Assembly (NCBI RefSeq): GCF_000142905.1
Contig: NW_013657625.1
Coordinates: forward strand, 35,690 to 99,689
DNA length: 64,000 nucleotides
From: Thecamonas trahens ATCC 50062
Taxonomy: Eukaryota; Protista; Apusomonadida
Reading direction: 5' to 3'
The notes under the pieces: generated by a model
Told to the model about the DNA's origin: nothing
Seen by the model: the letters and a program-made list of their open reading frames with translations, nothing else
The model's database searches: none
Shown: positions 42,604 through 51,946 of the stretch, piece by piece
Position numbering within the stretch: the stretch's first letter is position 1
How the letters are laid out: each line of letters opens with the position of its first letter
Made by a program: the position numbers and the translations under genes

Positions 42604-45600
42604 TTATGCTTCGTATCCCGGCTTCGGCGGCGGTGGTGGCGGCAGCGCGCCGCCAGCAGGCTTGGCATAGTTGAGCGGGAAAATGCCCTGCACATTGCTG
42701 CCCTTCACCTGGCCGCGACACCACCCGTCATCAAACTCCTCGATCACCTCCAGCATGTCGCCGGCCTGGAACGAGAGTTCGTCCGCCTCGCGACCGGCAA
42801 ACGCGTAAACTGCCTGGTAGGTCTCGATGCTCGACGGAGCTGCAGGCGCGGCCGGGGACGTGGGAGCCACAGCCACAAAAGGCGCTGTCGGTGGGAGGCC
42901 GATAGGATCCTCGAGCGGCGCAAGGTCAATCGTCACGTCGCCGTCACCCTCGTACACCCCAAACATCATGCCGGCCTTGGACGCCGCGCGCCGCTTGCGA
43001 ACAACCACAGCAGCGACCGTGAGGAGGCAACATGCAGTGAGCACCGTCCCGACAGCAATAAGCAGCCACGGCTTGCTTTGCGCGTTCTCGAGCGAGATCG
43101 GCGACGACGGTGCCGTCCGACCGGTCTTGATATCGCCGGCGTATAGCTCATACTCGGACGACGCCACGCCTTGCGCCCGGAAGACCGACACAAACAGCAG
43201 CCCCGACCGTGTCGAGTTGACCACAAACGACTGCTCTGCATTCTCCGGTGTCTCGGACCGGTACTCGTGGAGGACAAGTCCGTTCGGCCGGTCTGGAATT
43301 TCCGAGAACGAGCCGTAAAGGTAGACACCCGACGCCGCACGCGTGCCGGCACCGCCGCGGGCGCGCACCGAGACAACAATGTCAATCCCGCCTGGTACCA
43401 CCAGCGAGTACGCCCACCCGTCGCGGCTTGCATCGACTACGTGCTCAAGCGCAAAGCCAAGGTTAAGCGGGTCAGGGCCGATCGAGCATGACGGGTCCGT
43501 GTCCCATCCAAACTTGCACTCGCAGACCGAGTGGCAGCAGATCCCGTTGAGCCCGCATCCGCCAGGGCAGCTGTTCTCGCCCACGCACACCGAGTCGACG
43601 CCGTTGCACGCGTCGTTGATCGTGCAGTCCTGCTGGTCGTCGCAACTTGTTCCGGCCGGCGCCGGTACGTTCTGGCACACCTCGTCGCAGGTGTCGATCG
43701 TGCAGTCAAGCCCGTCGTCGCACTGGGCGTCGGTGAGACAGCAGAATGGCGCTGTCTTGCACATGCCCAACCCGTCACACTGCCCGTTGCACGTCGGCGT
43801 CGAGCACGTCTGGCTCGTCGACTCGTACTGGCACGTCGACGAGCAGCAGTCGCCGTCGGCCGTGTTCCCGTCGTCACACTGCTCCATTGGCGGCTCCAGG
43901 ATGCCATCGCCACAGGTGAACGTGCAGCCCGAAGGATCAGCCCCGAGACACGAGTCTGCCCCAGTGCCATCGCATGTGTCCGACGCCCCGTCGCAGCTCT
44001 GCCCGTTGTCGCACGGGGTTCCGTTCGGAAGATAGGCATCCGGGGGGCAGTCGTCCGAGCTCGAGCTGCACACCTCTGGCTGATCGCATAGGTGCCCGGC
44101 TGCAGACCGGCAAACTTCGCCGGCACGCCGCACGTTGGGCGGGCACGCCGCAGAGCTCCCGCTGCACACCTCCTCGACATCGCACACCCCAGCCAGAGGG
44201 CGGCACACTGTCGCCGAGCTCTTGAACGAATCGGCCGGACACGCCGCAGAGCTTCCGGTGCAGGTCTCCGCGTTGTCGCACGGCCCAGCCGCTGCCCGGC
44301 ACGCAGTCGCGCTGCTGAGGAACCCATCTGCTGGGCAGTCGGGCCCGCTCCCACTGCATCGCTCCTCGGCGTCGCACGGCCCGGTCACCGCCCGGCACAC
44401 CGTCGCTGCTGATTTGAACGAGTCAGCCGGGCATGCCGCCGACGAGCCGGTGCATGTCTCGGCGTCATCGCACACGCCCGCTGCCGCTCGACACACCGTC
44501 GATGCCGACTTGAAAGAGTCAGCTGGGCATGCCGCTGACGAGCCGGTGCATGTCTCGGCGTCGTCGCACAAGCCCACCGCAGCGCGGCAGACCGTGCTGG
44601 TCGGTGCAAAGCCGTCGCTCGGGCAGGTTGCTGACGAACCCGAGCACGTCTCGGCCACATCGCACACGCCCGTCGACGGCCGGCACACCGTGGCCGACGA
44701 TGAAAAGGCGTTGGCAGGGCAAGACGCTGACGAGCCCGAGCACGTCTCGGCCACGTCACACGGCCCAGCCGATGCCCGGCACACCGTGCTCGTCGATGCA
44801 AAGCCATCGGCTGGGCAGCTTGGCCCGCCACCCGAGCACGTCTCGGCCACGTCGCACACGTCGACTGCGGCACGGCACTCGGTCGTAGGCGACGCAAACG
44901 TGTCTACAGGACACGACGCAATCAGCCCGGTACACGTTTCAGCAACATCACACGGCCCAGCTGCCGGTCGGCACACCGTGCTCGACGAGCGCAAGGAATC
45001 AGCAGGGCAGGACGCCTCTGATCCAGTGCACGTTTCGGCCACGTCACACGGCCCAGCCGATGCCCGGCACACCGTGCTCGTCGATGCAAAGCCATCGGCT
45101 GGGCAGTTTGGCCCGCCACCAGAGCACGTCTCGGCCACGTCACACACGCCAGCCGACGCCCGGCAGACCGTAGCCGACGACGCAAAGTTATCGGATGGGC
45201 AGCTCGCCGATGAGCCCGTGCAGCTCTCCGCCACATCACACACGCCAGCCGACGCCCGGCAGACCGTAGCCGACGACGCAAAGTTATCGGCTGGGCAGCT
45301 TGCCGATGAGCCCGTGCAGCTCTCCGCCACATCACACACATCGACAGACGGACGGCAGACTGTGGCTGATGCCGCAAACCCATTGCTCGGGCAGCTTGCC
45401 GACGAGCCGGTGCACGTCTCGGCCACATCGCACACCCAGCCGATGGCCGACACACTGTCGATGCACTCTTGAACGAGTCACTAGGGCACGCCGCCGAGCT
45501 CCCGCTGCATGTCTCCTCGTCGTCGCACACACCAGCCGACGACCGGCATACAGTGCTTGTCGATGCAAAGCCATCGATGGGGCAGTTCGCAGAAGAGCCG

Positions 45601-48600
45601 GTGCAGCTCTCCGCCACATCGCACACACCTGCCGACGGTCGGCAGATAGTCGCCGAGCTCACAAAGCCATCGGTCGGGCAGCTCGTCGACGAGCCGGTGC
45701 AGGTCTCGGCCACATCACACACACCCGCCGATGGTCGGCAGACGGTCGACGCCGACGCAACGGTATCGCCAGGGCATGATGACGCACCACCGCAGGTCTC
45801 CGCTACATCACAAGGGCCGGCAGCTGGACGACACACCGTAGCACTCGGCTCGATTTGGCAGCTTGATGAGCAGCAGTCGCCGTCGATCAGGTTGCCATCA
45901 TCACATTGCTCTGCGCCCTCGACAACCCCGTTACCGCACGCGCACACCGACGGTCCGGAGCACACACCCGATCCGTCGCATGTATCCGGGCTTGAGCACG
46001 TGTCCGAGTCGTCACAAGACGTTCCACCTGCCGCAAACCCGTTAGCTGGGCAGGACGCTGACGAGCCGGTGCAGGTCTCGGCCACATCGCACACGCCCGC
46101 AGACGCGCGGCAAACCGTGGCCGACGATGCAAACCCATTGGCCGGGCAGGACGCTGACGAACCCGTGCAGCTCTCCGCAACATCGCACACGCCGGCTGAT
46201 GGCCGACAGATGGTTGACGGGCTGACAAAGGTGTCCGTCGGGCAACTTGCCGATGACCCGGTGCACGTTTCGGCCACATCGCACACGCCCGCTGAAGCGC
46301 GACAGGTGAATGACGGCGCCCGAAAGCTGTCGGCGGGGCAGGATCCCGACGAGCCGGTACAAGTTTCGGCAATATCGCACAAGCCAGCCGATGGGCGGCA
46401 GACCGTCGACGTCGACGCAAACCCGTTGGCCGGGCAGGACGCCGACGAGCCGGTGCAGGTCTCGGCCACATCGCACACGCCCGAAGCGACACGGCAGACC
46501 GTAGCCGATGACGCAAAGCTGTTGGCAGGACAGGACGCCGACGAGCCGGTGCAGCTCTCGGCCACGTCGCACACGCCCGATGCGACACGGCAGACCGTAG
46601 CCGACGACGCAAACCCGTTGGCCGGGCAGGACGCCGACGAGCCGGTGCAGCTCTCGGCCACATCGCAGGGACCGGCCGAGCTGCGGCAGACCGTAGACGG
46701 CGCTGCAAAACCATCCGCCGGGCAGCTCGATGACGAGCCAGAGCACGTCTCGGTCATATCGCACACGCCGGCTGACGGCCGGCAAACCGTCGACGAGCTC
46801 AGGAAGCTATTGGATGGACAGGCTGTCGACGAGCCGGTACAAGTTTCGGCAATATCGCACGGGCCGGCCGACGGGCGGCAAACTGCAGATGATGACGCAA
46901 AGCCATCGGCCGGGCAGGACGCCGACGAGCCGGTGCAGGTCTCGGCCACATCGCACACGCCCGAAGCGACACGGCAGACCGTAGCCGATGACGCAAAGCT
47001 GTTGGCAGGGCAGGACGCCGACGAGCCGGTGCAGCTCTCGGCCACATCGCACACGCCCGATGCGACACGGCAGACCGTAGCCGACGACGCAAACCCGTTG
47101 GCCGGGCAGGACGCCGACGAGCCGGTGCAGGTCTCGGCCACATCACACACGCCCGCCGAAGCGCGGCAGACGTACACCGTCGACCGGAAGCCGTTGGCCG
47201 GGCAGCTCGTGGAAGCGCCGTTGCAGGTCTCGGCCACGTCGCATGGGCCGGTCGATGCGCGGCAGGTCGTGCCCGCCGTCGCCACAGCGTTGGCCGGGCA
47301 GCCAGCCGACGAGCCGGTGCAGGTCTCGGCCACATCGCAAACGCCGACCGCCGACCGGCAGGTGTACGACGACGGCCGGAACTGGCAGGTCGAGGTGCAG
47401 CAGGCCTGTGATGGCGGATCGCACTGCTCGCCAGCCTCGACGATCGAGTTGCCACACGACGCAGGCGTGCCCGAGGCCGGACCCGAGTACAAGATCTCGT
47501 ATTCGCCGAGCGAGCCGTAGTCTGTGTATCCGGTTCCAGTTGCGGAGCCCTTGCCGACGCCGTCGACACGGAGGTAATAGGTAGTGCCGGCGACGCCCGA
47601 GTAGGTGACGACGGCTTTGACATCGGCCGATGGGTTGACAGTCGAAACGAGTGACGAGCCGGCGTACAGCCGGGCCTCGATGTCGAGGTTATAGAACTCA
47701 GTCGAGGTTGGCTGGACAGTAAAGGTCATTGAGCCCGACGAGCCGATAGTGATCTTAAAGTAGTCAACGTCGGTACGGGTCGAGATGAAGCCGGTACCGG
47801 CTGGAGTGGAGCCATCATTGAGAGTTGCACCCGAGGTCCGAGAGTCTGAGTGGTCATCGGCGCGGAAGCCGAAGCCGTTTGAGGAGCCACCAACGATGGC
47901 CAGATCGTCCTGCTGCTCGTTGGCGTCGGCGTACTCACCACGAGACCACTGAATGAGGTCCTGGTAGTAGCCGACACCCATGATCGGGCCCCAGCCGGTG
48001 ATGCCCGAGCCGTGACCCTGGTAGTAGCCGACCGACGAGGTGCCATCGTGGGAGAGGCCCATGTTGTGGCCGACCTCGTGCGAGCCGGCCTCGCCGCACG
48101 ACTTGGCATCGCCGCCGGCGAGCCGCTTGGTGAAGACCCACGCCGGCTGGTAGTACTGGCTGGGCTGCGAGAAGACGCCAACGTAGGCAACGCCGCCGCC
48201 GCCCGGATACCACGCGTCAGTGATGGTGAAGACGCAGCGGACACGGCGTGATTCTGACACAGCGTTGTAGACCGACTCGATGGTGGTGACAGTGATCTCG
48301 AACGGGGCGTAGTCCTCGGCCATGAGCTCATACATTTTGGAGATGCGCGTGAGCTCGGTGGTCGAGAACGAGTTGGTGTTGGAATCGATGTCGTACGGAC
48401 CGGTCACGACGTCGCCCCACGCCGAACCCGTGGCGTCGTGGCCGTCAAAGTCGAGGAAGATGACGTACGGCGAGCCCGGCTTTGAGTTGTGGCTGGGCGG
48501 ATTGAGGACCCGAGTCGCAATGGTATCCTGGGCCGGGTCGTAGTCGCTGTCACCGGCCGAAGGAGGAATGGCGTCCTGGCGACAGATGTGCTCGTCGATG

Positions 48601-49193
48601 TGGATGCGCCGAAGTAGAACGTGGCCGTCGCCGGCCTCGGCATTCGTCTCCCATCGGAACGCAGTGTCGTGATCAAAGAGCGAGACCTCGCCCGAGACGT
48701 GCTCGCCAGAGTGGGAGACATGAAGAGTGAACCGCCCGCCAGCGGCAAAGTGCGACGGTGAGCCGGCGAGCCGGTCCTCGGCAGACAGCGGCGTGTCTGG
48801 CGAGTCGACAACCCGACCGATGATCATCAGCTCTGCGCCGTCGTCCGAGTGGCTGACCGAGACCACGCGGCCGTAGATCGGGCCGAGGTCGGGCGCCATG
48901 TCCGCCGAGAGCACTTTGAGCACAGGGATCTCGTGGAGAAGCAGATTGGTGTTCCGCAGATGCGGGTGCAGGTGGGCAGCATGAACAGTGCGCGCCATGC
49001 TGGCAGCAAACCGGCCTTGGACCGGATGCTCATGATGCGGCGACGAGACATCGTGATCCGAGACCAGCAAAGCCGCAGAGAACAGCGAGAGCGGCTCCGT
49101 GCGCGACATGCCTAGCTCGACGGCGCGTGCAGCATGCAGCACTAGCAGCATCGCCATCACAGACAACCCAACACGTACCATACCCCGAAGCAT
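42604..49193 (-). CDS. Giant ADAM-like type-I membrane metalloprotease: signal peptide, prodomain, metzincin, PPC-like domain, 33 disintegrin-like repeats, Cys-rich and EGF-like modules, TM, SH3 (1-nt frameshift near 45436)
   Basis: Joins ORFs 44922..49193 and 42604..45453. HEVGHNMGLSH at 48080-48048 plus Met-turn WGPIMG; DVDYFK...YYLRVDG; CRxxxGxCDxxExCxGxSxxCP repeats; TM WLLIAVGTVLTACCLLTVAAVVV then RKRR; SH3 AVYAFAGREADELSFQAGD...DGWCRG...GIFPLNY. Confidence 0.88.
44014..47360 (-). repeat. Coding tandem array of ~96-bp (32-aa) disintegrin-like units, 14 + 19 copies
   Basis: Consensus CRASAGVCDVAETCTGSSASCPANGFASSATV, counted by hand. One CGNGVVEGAEQCDDGN...CCSSSCQIE block interrupts the array. 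Confidence 0.92.
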
Positions 49194-49545
49194 GGTATTC
49201 TACACAGTTGAGAAGAGCGCGTAAGTAAACAAGTAGTGGCGTGGTCTGCAGTCGTGTTGAGGCGTGGTGAATGCCTTTGCGGCAGGTGGCTCACTTGCCA
49301 ATGATGACCACTACTCTATCCGCACTCATATTGGAGTTGACCGCGAACAACGCAACAAAGCCGAGCGCAGTAGAGTTGATGACAGGCCAAACACACACAA
49401 ACACACACACACACGCAACGAGAGGGAGAACAAGAAAGAGATATTTTCCAAGCAGTTGGGCGGAAGGGAGGGGGGGGGGGGGGGAGGGGAAGGGGACGAG
49501 GGGGACAGGCGGGGAGGTAGGCAAAGGGGACGGGGGGGGGGAGAA

Positions 49546-49645
49546 NNNNNNNNNNNNNNNNNNNNNNNNNNNNNNNNNNNNNNNNNNNNNNNNNNNNNNN
49601 NNNNNNNNNNNNNNNNNNNNNNNNNNNNNNNNNNNNNNNNNNNNN
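49546..49645. other. Assembly gap (100 N)
   Basis: N-run after poly-G tracts. Confidence 1.
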
Positions 49646-50421
49646 TCGTCGACCGAAGAGCTGTATCTCATCGACGAGTCGGAAACCGTTTTTGTGTGGT
49701 TTCTCCACACGCGACGCGCGCTCGCGTCCTTTGCCTTTACCCACGGTCCGTTGACCTCGATCTCGCTCACCGACGCTGGCCACGTCCGGCTCACCTCACC
49801 GAGTCAGCCGAGCTCTGGCACGTCGAGCACTTTGAGCGCCTTGTTGAGCACAGGGGCCACACAGCGCCGATTGGCGCTATGGGCGGGATTGTGCGGACAA
49901 GCTCGGAAGGAGCCGCGGCCAGCGGTGTGGGAGCGAAGAGCGAGTCGGTCGATGCTGCCGACGGGCTCATGCAGCTGCTGGTCACTGCCGGTCAGGACGA
50001 CTTGCTCATATTCTGGGACGTCATCGACATGCACCACCACTCGCAGTTCAAGGAGCGGACGTCCGAGGTGACTGCGCTGGCGTACGATCCCTCTTCAGAC
50101 ATGCTTGTGACTGGCCACGAAAACGGCGACATGGCGCTGTGGAACATCGAGACCGGCGCTACCATCCGGGTGGACGCCCACTCCAACACGGTGACCTGCC
50201 TTGAGGTTGTCAACCACTCGTTCTCCACCTCGAACACGGCGAGCAAGCAGTTCGTCATCTCGGGCTCGTACGACGGAACGGTCGCGGTGTGGGACATTGC
50301 CCGCATTGCACGGACGCAAAAGGCTGGCCGCGCGCCACCTTTGACGCCGGCAGGGGAGGGGGGGGGGGGGAGGAGTGTCTTTTGCGCCTCTGTCCGTGCA
50401 CCATGTCCCTTGCTTCAATAA
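49646..50421 (+). CDS. WD40-repeat protein fragment (5' end lost in the gap; 3' end uncertain)
   Basis: GHTAPI...LVTAGQDDLLIFWD, EVTALAY...LVTGHENGDMALWN, AHSNTVTCL...ISGSYDGTVAVWD. Confidence 0.8.
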
Positions 50422-50565
50422 TGACCAGGAAGGTGCCAAGGCACGGAACAAGGGAGAGAGAGAAGGCAGTGGGCGGGAAGGGGGGGAGGGGGGGGGGAAG
50501 GGGGAGGAGGGGGACCATAGCAGTAAAGGTAGGTACATTGGTGTGATAGGTGGTAGGTGCGTACG

Positions 50566-50900
50566 GTTGGGATGCGGAGAGGAGAATGGTGGAGCAATTG
50601 GACAGGAGTCCGTCCCTCCCGCAAAAAGGCCAATGCCGCTCCGCTCACGGCTCCACCTCCAACTCCACCACTGGAAGTGGGGAAAGGGAGTGAAAATGAC
50701 TTCTTCCCTGTCCCCTCATCCCATCTGACCCAATCTAGTGTCACCACTTTGGAAGACGGGTCGAGATCAGTGCCGATGACAACAAAGCGTGTCATGATCT
50801 GCTTGGTAGACGGCGTCATGGCCGGTGGTATGAGCTTGCTCAAGTCGAGGATCAGCTGGCTTCGAGCAGCCCGATCTCGGCTGCAACCAAGTTGATGGGT
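50566..50900 (-). CDS. Possible exon of a hypothetical protein
   Basis: Part of ORF 50415..51158 reads protein-like (LILDLSKLIPPAMTPSTKQIMTRFVVIGTDLDPSSKVVTLDWVRWDEG) and is followed by a donor-like GTACGC and a pyrimidine tract. Confidence 0.25.
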
Positions 50901-51127
50901 TACTATGCTGCCGGGGGGCGGTCGATGAGGGGAGGGGGTGGCATAGGTTAGGCAGATGGCTCTATTGGCGACTGGCTGCGGCGATGGCTGGTTACGGCAG
51001 CGGGTGGCTGCGGTGGCTGGCTGTGGGCGCGTCACTCGAGCCAAAGTTGCGGGGCGAGGAGGGAGAAGCAGCTTGGCCGGCTCACACCCCACTCGAGGAG
51101 GTAGAGGCAAGAGACAACAAGCAAGCC

Positions 51128-51517
51128 ATGGCATCACCGTCGTCGCGGGTGGCTGCATTGGGCCTGTACCGGACGCTGCTGCGGACCGCGCAGCGGTGGC
51201 CTGCCGAGCCGACGCGGCCGGACCGGTCGCTGGCGGCCATGCTGCCAGACGCCATCCGGAGCCGATTTCGGGCGTCTGCAGCAGCTGAGAGCGATGCCAA
51301 GAAGCTGCTCGCGTACGGCGAGGCGGAACTGGTGGCCCTGCGGCGAATGCTGCACTCCACGGCCAAGAAGCAGAACCCGGCGACGGTGCCGTACTCGATC
51401 GCCTCCGAGGCCGAGCGCAAGAAGGCCCGCCTCCACTCGGACGTCATGCTCTCGTCAGAGGCTCAGAACCAGAGCCAGACTCTTGTCGCCAAGATTAAGC
51501 GTGTGCTTGGCTACTGA
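51128..51517 (+). CDS. UQCC2: LYR-motif mitochondrial protein, UQCC2/Cbp6-like (complex III assembly)
   Basis: LYRTLLRTAQRWPAEPTRPDRSLAAML...RSRFR...ALRRMLHSTAKKQNP parallels the YRxxL...WPxD..K..RDL...F...L.RL.SN.YK.KYP pattern of UQCC2. Confidence 0.6.
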   Translation: MASPSSRVAALGLYRTLLRTAQRWPAEPTRPDRSLAAMLPDAIRSRFRASAAAESDAKKLLAYGEAELVALRRMLHSTAKKQNPATVPYSIASEAERKKARLHSDVMLSSEAQNQSQTLVAKIKRVLGY

Positions 51518-51946
51518 TAGCCGGCCCGTGGCCTCTCCCTCCCCGCCCTCCAACCCCCGTTGGCCCCTTGATCGCTGCTCCGCGGCGCTCTCCAACCTCC
51601 TGTCATCTCTCTCAACATCGCATGCACTTGCTGCAGATCCAGGCAGAGGTGTCTGTAGTCTGGACTCTGAGTCTTGGTCCCATTTCGTAAGCTCCGTGCC
51701 TGCGACAATAGACCCCGCCACCACAAGCCATGATCACGACGATCACCAGGAGACAGTGACAGGTATTACCACGCAGTATCACCGCACGGAAGCAGTCTTC
51801 TACCATGGCCGCCTTATGTAGCAGCAGTTAAAGCGCCATCACTACGCTGAGGGTAGTATTCCGGTGAGATGAGGGCCTCGGGCCGCGGTCCACAGGCACT
51901 TGCGCTTGCCACTCACTCGTCTCGACGAATCTACGAGAGGGTGCAG

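Noticed and set aside
44014-47360. Regular ~96-bp repeats as a possible CRISPR array or satellite
   Set aside because: No unique spacers; variation is codon-structured, so this is a protein-coding repeat in a eukaryotic gene.
44135-47520. Long + strand ORFs 44135..45472 and 45469..47520 with HVSATSHTP repeats
   Set aside because: Antisense shadows of the disintegrin-repeat gene.
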